A stretch of DNA of 31,838 nt. Source: Azolla caroliniana (lineage: Eukaryota; Plantae; Polypodiophyta). The DNA is taken from positions 1 through 31,838 of the forward strand of contig JBHGNT010000358.1 in the NCBI GenBank assembly GCA_043228905.1. The letters are read 5' to 3'. Positions 12,388 to 23,498 of the stretch are shown here, in pieces. The stretch's first letter is position 1; the number at the start of each line of letters is the position of its first letter. The translations under genes and the position numbers were made by a program. A model generated the notes under the pieces. The model ran no database searches and was not told the DNA's origin. It was given only the letters and a program-made list of their open reading frames with translations.

Positions 12388-13071
12388 AGTGATCAAAGAA
12401 ATAATCGTGTAGAAATTTTAGGTATTTGAAGAAAATACCCCTCCTCTCCATCTCCATCTGTTTGTGTGTGTGTATGTCTCTCTCATCCTTGAGGTTTTAG
12501 GCGTTTGCAGGAAATACCCCTCCCAACACAGTTCTTAGGTCAAAAACCAAACCCAAACCCGCAGAGCGTATGTCTCTCCTTCCGAGGCTCCCCATGGAAC
12601 CTTCGAAGCTCCACGACTTCAACGACCTCGACTACACTGGAGATCAAGAGGTCATGGGTTCAACCCCGACGTGCCACATGGAAAGGAAATACATGGTATA
12701 CAAAGAGAGAAAGGCATACATAATTCTTCATGTAAAGACTGTGCCTAGCGATGAAAGAAAAAATTGTGTGGGAATTTTAGGTATTTGCAAGAAATACCCT
12801 TCTCTCTCTCTCTCTCTCTCTTTCTCTTTATCTCTCGGCCATAACAATTCTCAAGAGGTTTTAGGTATTTGCAGGAAATACCCCTCCATCTCCATCTCCA
12901 TCTCCATCTCCATCTGTCTGTCTGTCTGTCTCATCCCTGAGGGTTTTAGGCGTCTGCAGGAAATACCCCTCCCAACGCACAGTCCTTAGGTCAAAAACCA
13001 AACACACACAGAGCGTCTGTCTCTCCATGGAACCTTCGAAGCCCCGCGACTTCAACGACCTCGACTACTGG
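12356..13071 (+). repeat. Tandem duplication of a SINE 3' half, the METTL13 upstream region and the first 14 codons
   Basis: Unit A about 12356-12635 and unit B about 12636-13071. Both contain TGGAGATCAAG.GGTCATGGGTTCAACCCC, TTAGGTCAAAAACCAAAC and ATGGAACCTTCGAAGC..C.CGACTTCAACGACCTCGACTAC. Confidence 0.85.
12636..12680 (+). mobile_element. tRNA-derived SINE fragment, copy 3 (B-box half)
   Basis: ACTGGAGATCAAGAGGTCATGGGTTCAACCCCGACGTGCCA. Confidence 0.65.
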
Positions 13072-16000
13072 CAGACCTTCTTCAAAGCCAGAAAAGGCAA
13101 CGCCTTCGAATGGTATGGAGACTTCTCGGACTTCGCATCCCTTCTCTCACGCGAGTGTGGATTAGACGTATCGGCCTCTCCTCCTCCTTCTTCTTCTTCG
13201 ATATCTGGAAATCGTTCTTTGAGCATTCTAATTCCTGGATGTGGGAACTCGGAACTTTCTTCGAGCCTTTATGATGCTGGTCTCGAGAACATTGTTAACA
13301 TAGACTTCTCCAAGGATGTCATTGTGGAGATGATGAAGAAACACCTTCGCCGTCGGCCTCACATGAAGTGGAGAGTTATGGATATGACTGCGATGCAGGT
13401 AAGCAAAATCGTGGTGATCGAAAATTTCTTTTCTTTCCCCTGCTTTTGACGCATAATGAATTTATTGAAAGAGGTTGTTTATTAGTTTGCATGAAAATCA
13501 GTTTTTTTTGCTCTGCATATCACAAATTTACGTAAATAATTAGTTATGTTGTCACGTGCAAAACTTGTATAAGGAACAAATTTTCTCTTTTCTGCACATT
13601 ATAATTTATGAGTATGCATTTAAGTAACACATTTTCTTTTGAAGCTTATAAATCTGCATAATAATCAGGGTTTGTCGTTCGCAACAATATATGTACATAA
13701 GAATCAGTTCGTCTTCTTCATTTGTGCATATTATGATTTTGCATGAACATCAGTGGGCATAAGAATCAGATGTTCTGTTTCCCTAACTGAAGATGCAGAC
13801 AATCTAAGGGTTATCAGAACGGAAAGTGTTCATAAGTTTTTCTTTCTCTCTTATTGCATACAATGAATTCCTCTCTTATTGCATATAATCAATTTGCACA
13901 TTATGAATTTGCATAAGAATCACACAGACTTTCACACAATGAAAGTGCATAAGAACCAGGCAAAATGATCTTGGAGTGAAGATAAATGAAATAGACATAA
14001 AATGGGCTTAATAATGGAACTTTGACAAGTAGGATAATAGGAGTTGTGTGAGGCTAGTTAAAGACACATGCTGCACTCAATTGTATGTAGTTTCCAGATG
14101 CCTCCTTCGACATTGTTATTGATAAAGGTGGCTTAGATGCCCTTCTTGGAGACCCAGGTCAAGAGCAAATCCAAGCTACACGGTTTCTGTCAGAGGTAGA
14201 AACAACAATATCTCTATTGTCTCTTTGCAATGACCCTAAATATTTGCGCACGAGTTTCTCATCATATTCACACATGCAGGTTCAACGGATACTTGTTCAA
14301 AAAGGCAAATATATTTGCATAACTTTGGCACAATCTCACGTGATTGGTATTTCTAATCAAAAGCCTCATTTCTTCTATAGCTCTCCGATTAATTTATTGC
14401 TCTTATTTTTTGGACTGATATCTGGTAGAGCTGCTGCTTACAATCTTAAGGCATGGATGGTCTGTGAATATCCATCGGGTTCCACAATCATCCACAACGC
14501 CTGGATTCAAACTAAAACCATTTTTAGTTGTGGCTACGCGAGATACATCTACTTCTTACTCTTTGGTCTCAATGTCATTTGATCCAGCGAAAGACTTTGC
14601 TGATTATGAGGAACAGGTGAAAAATATGAATACTAGTTGTGTTGAAGCTTGTTATTTAAGAGTGATAAATTATAAGCGGAAGCATATAAACATTCTTTTG
14701 ATTATGACAATCAATGAAAGAAGAATCTAGTGTAAGCTCCAGCCTTCAATGATTATATAAGAGTTTTACCACGCTAGTTTGAAACCAATGCCCTGTGTTG
14801 TTTATTGTCAGTATGCCAATTAATTAGGCATTTAGTATAAGCTCCTGGCTGCAATGATTGTATAAGCGTTTTACCACGAGCTTAGTTTGAAATAAATATC
14901 TCATGTTTATTGTCAGTCTACCTACTGTGCATGCAAAATATGGGATTGATTTAAAAGGGAGGTCTGGCTGAGGGTCTAAAGGGTTCAATCTAGCAGATTT
15001 GAGATTCTTAAAATTATCTGACTATATTTTGAAATAAACTCTTTAGTTTACCGATGATCATTCAATTATGATTGAATATTTTATTGTAGCTTTTTTGGGC
15101 GTCTTTTTTTTGCCTTAAATTTCTTTTAGAGTACATGCGAGATACTAGAAATATATATCTTTGTCATTCTGAAACATAAAGCAAATGGAATCATGAATGG
15201 ATGATTCTTATTCGCAAAAAAATAATCGATTTATATTATTGTCGTTTACTTAAGCATACACATGCTTGAATTTCAGATGCCTTCTCTCCAAACGGTAGTG
15301 CAGAAGGAGAATTTGATTCGAAAACTAATCATAGATGCAAATGCAGACGAGGCTGCATTGACAACTTCATTTGATGCTATTGTTCCTGGCCGTAGGGTGA
15401 TTAAAATATTAATAGGAAAGAATGCATCAAGTTCAAGCTACTCAGCAGTGGTTCTAGATGCACCAGAAGATTACAAAAATTTCCAATATAAATGTGCTGT
15501 ATTTTTGGTACCGAAGGTAAATGCTTTTGGATATCCTTGATTAATTTTGCATGGTAACTGTGGGGTTTTGTGTTTATTGATGTTGTTCATATGCAGGGAA
15601 GGAGACATGAATGGCTTTTTTCTTCTACAGAAGGACAATGGCAAGTTGTAGAAAGTGCCAAAACCAATCGGCTCATCATGGTGAGGTGCATTCAATTCAA
15701 GTACATATGTCATATATCTGACAGTCTTTTTTCTGAGCAAAATCTCTTCGTATTTTTGCAGGTTTTTCTCGATACTGATTTCTTTTCTGGAAGTATGGAA
15801 ATAATTCAGGTAATGACTAGAATTTGACTGTACCAGTTTTAGTTTTAGATTCTTTGAAATAAGTACTTTAAAAATTTAAAAGTTACCAACGTCACCGGAA
15901 ATTTATGTATGAACATATAATATGAGATTACAATCAGCAGTATTTTTGTGCCTCATGAATAATTTCTATGACATTCTTATTGTCATTGGACAGACGTCCG

Positions 16001-19000
16001 ACTGATACTAAAGCATGCATACTGTACTGTTGTCCATTGAACTTCTGGATTCTGTGTAAACTTCCGTTTTGAAATGTAATATGGTTTTATAAAAGATTAT
16101 GTGCTTTGAAGTGATCTGCTATGGTTTATTGTTAAACAAATACCAGTTTTTTATTCCTAAATCTTTCCTTTGGGCATTTCCCTAGAATGATCTTTCACCA
16201 TTGGTACAAGACCTACTACCGGTTGATTGCAAGGCTGGTGTAAGTGTACCGTGAGTATATATAACATTTACATCAATTACGTTTTTTTCCCTTTTCTCAG
16301 TTGGATATATTATTCCATTTTCTTGTTTTCGTTGGCTGTTATATTAGGTACTTGATGTGCAGTGATGGAGTTCTGAAGAGAGCCATTTTAGAGGAGGTAA
16401 AATATGTGTACTCTTATGAGTTTCAGAATATGCTTTGGTATAATATCCTCTGATTGCAGAGGTGTTGATGCAGGTAGAGTCTTCTTTGACAGGTCCAATC
16501 CTCGTTGAAAATATTTCTCTAGCTGATGAGGACACAGAAGGCCAATGTAAATATTACCGTCGACTTGCTTTCCGCCGGAACCCAAATATGATACAGTCAG
16601 AGGCTTTGCTTATAAAAGTCCCATCCAAAACCCACCAGACAATCAAAGCTGGTAGCAATAAAAAAAAGTCAATAAAAAATACAAGTAACGACACAGATGA
16701 ACTCTCAGGTTAGATTTTATTGAAGCTCAGAGCCAGTAACCTTAATTTATGGTGTTTTGGTTATTGGTTTCTAGGAGTGATACCTTATTACTATTGAGGG
16801 GAAGAAAACATCTTTATTGTCTTGTGTAGCATAGCTTTCTGACTTTGGAGTGCTTGGTGATTGACTGTATGTTATATATATACAGGTGAAGATTTCCTAA
16901 TAGACCATAGCTTTTTGGCAAGCCCCTACCATGCTGTAATGATAGCTGGACTATCATTGATTGCATCAAATCTGGAGAGCCAGATTTTAGAACATCAACC
17001 GGTATTTAAAGATGCATATCCAAGCTGTCCACTGTCTTAAATACAATTTTTTTGGTTCTCAACTTGTGAAAAATGTTTGATTTTTAAGGTTATTGTCTTA
17101 TTTTTGTAATCAATAATGTTAATTGCTTTAGTTTCTGGAATTTATTGAAATGATAATAATATACTATTCCTGTTTCATTAAGCTATATATTCTTGATGTG
17201 CTTATGTGTGCATTGAGTCCTTGTGGTCATTCGAAGCAAAATTGGGCAGTTACAGTGTATAGATGATATTTAAACTATTACTCACTCTATCACTGTCTTA
17301 ATAATTTGATTCTTATTCATTTAGATATTTGCCCTCATTTCAGTTTTCTATGCATATGATTATACATGCATTGAGATATATATCCTTGTATTTCTTGACT
17401 TGTGGATGTTTCTCTAGCTGGTTTGGTCTTTGGATGTTCTTGACTTTTATTCATTTCTGTCAGCAGTGTGCTTATTTTCTCGTCTTGACTAATATCAATA
17501 TTCTATAGGTACGGGCGGTAATTATTGGACTTGGGGCAGGGCTTCTTCCCATGTTCTTACACAAACACATGCCTTTCCAGAAGATTGAGGTAAGTTGTCT
17601 TTGCATGGCTATGATTACTTGCCTTTATGAGATTCAAAAGCTCACTGTTTTTCAAGGTACAAGTAGGTCATGGAGCTAGATCCAGTGGTTGGTGGGCTGG
17701 CAAAACGTCATTTTGGCTTTATTGAAGATGAACGCATGAAAGTGAGTTCGCTAATCGTTTTCTTGTTTCTACTTTTGTCTAAAGGATAAATCATACATAT
17801 TGTGGACTACCATTTTGTGTGCTTAAAATATTGTTTTAGAAGCGAATTCAGTAATTCTTGCTGAACTATGAATAGATATGACCTTGTTTGCTGTTAGAAT
17901 TTGCTATATTTAAATCTGATACTTTGAAAATATAGCCTCAATATGCTCAATTAAAGGAAAGTTAGGCTTGCTGTAATGCAGCATGCAGTGACATTCTTGA
18001 TTTGATACTCATTGGGGTTTTCTTAGTGTTATGATAGCTTAATTGAACTCAAGGCCACTATAGGCAGTTCCGTCTTGCTTTTATTTAGCTTGACATTAAT
18101 GTTTGATGATCTTTTTCTACTGCAGCTTTATATAGGCGATGGGCTGACAATTGTAAATAGAAGCTCCCAAAAAAGTAATGGCATTTCCCAGCCCCTCACT
18201 AATGATCAAATAGAGGACATGGACACTCCAATTCATGTGATCATTATTGACGCGGATTCGGATGATCAAAGGTAACTGTCGAAACACATCAATTGCACAA
18301 GTATGCTGATTTTTGTGGACATATATTTCAACCTGATGGTTGAAATTATTTATTCTTAGCTCTGGTATGAGTTGTCCTCCTGCTGCATTTTTGGAGGAGT
18401 CCTTTCTATATGCTGCAAGGGACAGGCTTGATGAAGGTGGAATGCTGGTGGTTAACATTGTTGCTAGAGCAAAAGCTCCCCATATTACTGTGCCACAAAA
18501 ACTATTGAAGGTTCTCTTTCTCTCTCTCTCTCTCTCTCTCCCCCCCTCTACATGACAAGGCCCCATCTCATATATTGCAATCTGTATCCCATGGATGTTA
18601 AAAATACATCTATCTCTCTAACTACATGTTAACGTGAACTACTGAGACCATCATGTCATTACTTTTGACTGATAATAGCTCCCACCTCTTACTGTAAACA
18701 CTGAGTGAGCATGAACAAAATGAAAGTATACTAATATTTGATATAAATGCATCAGTAAGTCATGTCTGGCAGGGAATGCCATCCCACTATGCATGAATCA
18801 TGATAATCTTTTTAGGACTTCACAAATATGCTTTAACCAGTTGGCTCATTTACATTCATCACATGTAGAAACTAGATGTAATGCTTATCTTTTTGCTACT
18901 GATGATGAAATCAGAGTGGTGTATCCTTTAATTGGGAATCCTCGTTGTTCCTCTACTTCTTGCTACTTTTGATTCATTTTTTTTAACAGGAATTTGGTTG

Positions 19001-19532
19001 TTTCTCATTGTCTATTTTTTTCATTCAATTTCTTTGGGATCTTCTGTCGTTTAATATGTTTTCCAAAGATAGTTCTTCTTATCCTTTTCCAATCCCTTCT
19101 GAAATAAACAAAAAACAAGTTTGTAATGTTTAAGAAGCAAACTAGCTGTTGAGCAGCACAATGTGCAAGCCCAGTAAAGGTGATTTCTGCCTTATGTTCT
19201 CTTTGAGTTGGACTAGGTTGCTAGAAAGCATCGTGTATTGAGATATTTTTGTATAAAAATTTGTTGGTATTATCATGAATGTAAAATTTGTTAAATCTTC
19301 TTGGATTTTGTTGAAGGTATTTGCCGAAGTTTACTCTCTGGAGGTTGAAGATGATGTGAATCGAGTTCTTTTTGCCTTACCTCACTCAAGTGGCATTGAT
19401 GATAAAGATGATATCTTAAGACTGGCGTCAAAATTAAAGGACCTAGCCATGAGTTTTGCACCATGGGATAATGGTCCAAATATTCATGAGCTTGCAGAAA
19501 GATTGAAGCGATGTTCGATCCCCATGTTATAA
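13027..19532 (+). CDS. METTL13: eEF1A lysine and N-terminal methyltransferase (METTL13-like, two SAM-dependent MTase domains), about 745 aa
   Basis: 16 GT-AG exons: 13027-13398, 14091-14195, 14280-14346, 14429-14616, 15277-15516, 15597-15680, 15762-15809, 16186-16250, 16348-16396, 16474-16708, 16886-17001, 17509-17589, 17667-17741, 18126-18271, 18360-18510, 19317-19532. Total 2238 nt with consistent phases. Motifs: YWQTFF..FEWYG, ILIPGCGNSELS, NIDFS, FDIVIDKGGLDAL, VPKGRRHEWLFSSTEGQ, IIGLGAGLLPMFL, ELDPVV, IIDADS, GMSCPPAAF. Confidence 0.94.
14728..14917. repeat. ~105-bp-period degenerate tandem duplication in METTL13 intron 4
   Basis: TAGT.TAAGCTCC.G...CAATGATT.TATAAG.GTTTTACCACG...TTTATTGTCAGT at about 14728 and about 14833. 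Confidence 0.75.
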
Positions 19533-20065
19533 ACTATTCTTTATTTACAGGTTTGGCTTCTAGTCTTTCCGAAGAAAATCTAAGATGGCTTTGTAGATGG
19601 ACTAAATAGTGAAATGGTTTGCAATGCAGAGGCAGTGACTCATTAGAGGGTCGCAAATTAGGGATATCAGGACCCTGGTGGAGAACCATAAAGGATTTAT
19701 ATGCACGTGTACATCAATTGCAGAACATTGCTTTTGATTTGCAATGCAGAGGTTCACAAATTAGGCATTTAGGAAGCCTGTGAAGAACCATACAGAATAT
19801 ATATGTGAAGGCCATAGCTTTTGAGGCAGTAGTAATTCAATAGGCATAGATGGAGCGTGGTGGAGAAGAACTACAATTGGCGAGAGGTAGCTTTTGATTT
19901 GTAAAAAGATAGGATTTTGGAAGAATGCTTGATCGTGTACCAGCTACGATTTTCCCTCAACTGATCTATCGTAGCTCCGGCTATGGCAATTTATAGTTGC
20001 CTATCTTTTTCTTTGTTGAGTAATTTTCAATTTGGAATCCACTTGGATTTTGGAATTCACAAAAA

Positions 20066-21220
20066 TGGCATTTTCTACAACATTATGCAAATTTATAAAA
20101 ATGTGTTATGTTTGTACATTTGTTATGTTATAGAGATGGGCGGTCAAGGTAAACTTTGTCGTTCCAATAAGACTGACGTGTTTCACAAATACATGTCCCA
20201 TGAAATTGTAGGTTGCAAGTCAAACCTTAAACTTGTGAATCATCACTACCTATTATCTTGAAATGAGATTAAGAATTTATTAAAAAGAAGAGTAAACCAT
20301 TAGAAAGAGAATGGAAAATAATTAGTGTGAAGGACAATGAAAAAAGAGGAGGAACTAAAGAATTGGTAATAAAATTCAAGATGTTAATATTTTCAAGATA
20401 TAGATGATATGTATTTCATCCATAACTCTCACTCAACTTCAGACGAACCTTGTGAATGCATCCGGTGTTGCAGAACTAGGATAATGTATAACATGAGCCA
20501 CATAACATCCAAGAATATGATTTGACATGTTAACTAAGTTTTTTACACCTCCACATCCGAGTTCAAATCCCACCATATGTATATGCATTACTGTACTAGA
20601 AGCCAATGTAGAATGGAGGGATAAATGCATGACCTTGTCGCATCGATGAAACACCTAAAAACAACAAACATAATTGTAGGCCTTAGTGGCAACATATAGC
20701 CTTCATCTTGCCATATAAACTCACACTATTAATCTTGTACACTGATTCCAAAGCAAACCCAAAAGACTATGTCAAACTAGAATTCTAATGCATAATTGGA
20801 AAAACATACATAACTGCATGGAAATGATTAAAATATCGCCTCATCAAAGTTCAATATCAATGCATTTTTTCACTAACCATGGTGTCTCTTCCGATTCAAC
20901 AATTGAAAGGTTTATCTCAACAAAGAAAAGAATGAAATCCTACATCCTATTTACTCCAAATATTTCTATTGGAACATAAACATTCTGATATTATTTTTGG
21001 GCCACCCCTAAAGAACAAGGCCACAAGACGACATAGACATGGCTTCCCATGTCTCTCACTATCCAGAAGACTTGTGGCCATTTTTTAAAGCCACCACTAA
21101 GTTACATTATACATAACACATTTTCTCCAGCAATGTATCAAGCCTCCTTCTATAGGATCAGGCTCCAATCCTCCATGGTGATGTCCTCCGAAACTAAGAC
21201 GTAATGCAAAACATTAGAAG
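20066..21220. repeat. Left arm (non-coding part) of the large inverted duplication; partner is 25072-26411
   Basis: Collinear reverse-complement match over more than 1 kb, e.g. CCCATGAAATTGTAGGTTGCAAGTCAAACCTTAAACTTGTGAATCAT and CTCAACTTCAGACGAACCTTGTGAATGCATCC, with several indels. Confidence 0.93.
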
Positions 21221-21255
21221 GGTGTATAGAGAGAGAGAAGAGAGAGAAAGAGAGA

Positions 21256-21462
21256 GCTCAAATGGATGTAGTTCAGTTGGTAAGGTTGCCCAATGGAGAC
21301 CAAGGGTGGTCATGGGTTCAACCCCCTACATTCCACAATGGCATCTTGTGAATTAAGAGATATGTATGGAGTATATAATAGAGAGGTGAGTAAAATTGGG
21401 TTTCCAACCCAAGACATATGTAACAACTTACCAATAGAGTAAGCTAATTACGATAAAAAAAA
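21256..21462 (+). mobile_element. tRNA-derived SINE, copy 4, within a GA-rich tract upstream of the PPR gene
   Basis: Head at 21263-21335: TGGATGTAGTTCAGTTGGTAAGGTTGCCCAATGGAGACC...GGGTTCAACCCCCTACATTCCA. Same body as copy 1, A8 tail, ATAGAGAGAG on both sides. Confidence 0.8.
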
Positions 21463-21556
21463 GATAGAGAGAGTCTTGAGAGAGCACCTGCCTGGGCAAA
21501 GCTCTCTTTGTGGAGGAGCAAAAGAGACATAATGCTATCAATGTAGACCCATGGCC

Positions 21557-21558
<2 letters not shown>

Positions 21559-21602
<44 letters not shown>
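21559..21602. repeat. (AG)22 microsatellite just upstream of the PPR ATG
   Basis: Directly visible. Confidence 0.97.
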
Positions 21603-21604
<2 letters not shown>

Positions 21605-21617
21605 TACCAAGGTCCTC

Positions 21618-23498
21618 ATGGGTAGTATGTGTAGAAAAGCTTCTTTAGAAACATCCCAAGAGAAGAAGAAGAAGAAGAAGCATATAGATATTGTGGCCAC
21701 CCTAAAACTCTGTGCCAAGCAGAGAGATGTGGTCAGAGGTATCTCTGTACATGCTTATATCCTCAACAGAGGTTTGCTCCATGAAGATATTTACCTTGGT
21801 AGTGCCTTGATAAGCCTGTACATAAGATGTGGTATGCCTCATGATGCTCAAGATGTTTTCGATAGTCTTCCATGCCATGATCTTGCCACTTGGAATGCTC
21901 TCATTGGTGGATATGCCCGGCTTGGCCATGGCGAATCTGCATTGAATTGTTACGAACGTTTGCGACAAAATGAAGAGAAATTCTCTCCCAATGAAGTCAC
22001 CCTTCTTTGCGTGTTGAATGCATGCGGTGGGATAGGAGCTTTGTATAAGGGTCAAGAAGTGCATGGTGAGATCTGTAGACGCGGATTTCTTCGTACAAAT
22101 GCTTTGCTTGGTAGTGCATTGGTGGACATGTATGGTAAATGTGGCATGCTTTCACTAACCAATGAAGTGTTTGATCAGATTTCTGATCGAAATGTGGTCA
22201 CTTGGAATGCATTGATTACAGGGTATGCCCAACATGGTCATGATGAGAAAGCAATCATGTGCTTTCAACAAATGAAACAAGAGGGATTCTTCCCTAGTGA
22301 CGTAACATTTGTTTGTATATTGAAAGCATGTGGAAACATGGGATCAGATAATACAGGTAAAGAAATACATGCTGAGATTTCTAAACGAGGGTTGTTGAAG
22401 ACAAATATTGTAGTAGGTACTTCAATGGTGGATATGTATGCCAAGTGTGGAATCTTGGTAAAAGCTCAAGAAATATTTGATGCACTTGTGGTAAGGGATG
22501 TGACCTCATGGAATGTATTGATTTCTGGATATGCCCAACATTGCTATCATGAAGAAGCATTGAGCCTCTTTGAAGAGATGAAAAAGCAAGGTTTCTCTCC
22601 AGATGCAGTGACAACCATTAGCATTTTGAAATCATGTGGCAAACTACAAGCATATCAGAAAGGAAAAGATATACATAGTGAGATTATGAAAGATGGATCA
22701 GTAGGCATGAATGTTTTGGTTGGTGTAGCTCTGGTGGACATGTATGTGAAAAGTGGTGAATTACATCTAGCAAAGGGTGTGTTTGACGAGATCAAAAACC
22801 ATAATGCAGTCTCCTGGAACACAATGGTGGGAGGATATGTCAAACAAGGACATGGAGAGGAAGCATTGGTATGTTTTAAGCAAATGCTTCATGAGGCTCT
22901 CTCTCCTGATCAGGTCACATGTATATGCACTTTGAGAGCATGTGGAAGCATAGGAGCACTTGATAAGGGAAAAGAAATACACATTCTTATTCTTGTTGAA
23001 GGACTTCTTAAACGAGAGCCCCTTGTTGGTATTGCATTATTGGATATGTATGCAAAATGTGGGGAATATGCAAAAGCACACAAAGTGTTTGATCAACTTG
23101 ATGTCCGAAATGTGGTCGCTTGGAATGCATTGATGGCAGGATATGCACAATTTGGCAAAGATTCCATTGTTCTTAAACTATTAAATAGAATGGTAGGTGA
23201 AGATATAGAACCAAACACAATTACTTTCATTATTGTGTTGAATGCATGTAGCAATTCTGGCCTTGTAGATAAGGGTGAAATGGTCTATGATGCAATGCAT
23301 AGAGATTATGGTATTATACCCAGTAAGGAACAATATACATGTATGGTTGATCTTTTTGGTCGGGCAGGCCAGTTGGGAAAGGCAATTCAAGTAATCCAAA
23401 TGATGCCATCTCTTGATTATCTCCCAATGTGGACTTCACTATTAGATGCATGTCGAAAATGGGGAGATATCCCACTAGGGCAATTTGCCTTTGAGTAA
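21618..23498 (+). CDS. PLS-class pentatricopeptide repeat protein (about 17 P/L/S motifs plus a truncated E1, no DYW), 626 aa; organellar RNA-editing-factor family
   Basis: Intronless ORF with repeating S (ALVDMYxKCG), P (VxWNALIxGYAQHG) and L (VTFxCILKAC) motifs. Terminal P2-L2-S2 (NACSNSGLVDKG, YTCMVDLFGRAG) is followed by E1 start WTSLLDACRKWG..LGQFAFE and a stop. Confidence 0.93.
   Translation: MGSMCRKASLETSQEKKKKKKHIDIVATLKLCAKQRDVVRGISVHAYILNRGLLHEDIYLGSALISLYIRCGMPHDAQDVFDSLPCHDLATWNALIGGYARLGHGESALNCYERLRQNEEKFSPNEVTLLCVLNACGGIGALYKGQEVHGEICRRGFLRTNALLGSALVDMYGKCGMLSLTNEVFDQISDRNVVTWNALITGYAQHGHDEKAIMCFQQMKQEGFFPSDVTFVCILKACGNMGSDNTGKEIHAEISKRGLLKTNIVVGTSMVDMYAKCGILVKAQEIFDALVVRDVTSWNVLISGYAQHCYHEEALSLFEEMKKQGFSPDAVTTISILKSCGKLQAYQKGKDIHSEIMKDGSVGMNVLVGVALVDMYVKSGELHLAKGVFDEIKNHNAVSWNTMVGGYVKQGHGEEALVCFKQMLHEALSPDQVTCICTLRACGSIGALDKGKEIHILILVEGLLKREPLVGIALLDMYAKCGEYAKAHKVFDQLDVRNVVAWNALMAGYAQFGKDSIVLKLLNRMVGEDIEPNTITFIIVLNACSNSGLVDKGEMVYDAMHRDYGIIPSKEQYTCMVDLFGRAGQLGKAIQVIQMMPSLDYLPMWTSLLDACRKWGDIPLGQFAFE

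Noticed and set aside
12416-12970. CRISPR-like repeat-spacer array
   Set aside because: Eukaryotic context, no cas genes, irregular spacing, and spacers are microsatellites or duplicated promoter sequence.
20439-20654. 71-aa minus-strand ORF with an acceptor-like site, duplicated in the right arm
   Set aside because: No recognisable homology, and the two copies differ by frame-breaking indels. A non-coding exon cannot be excluded.
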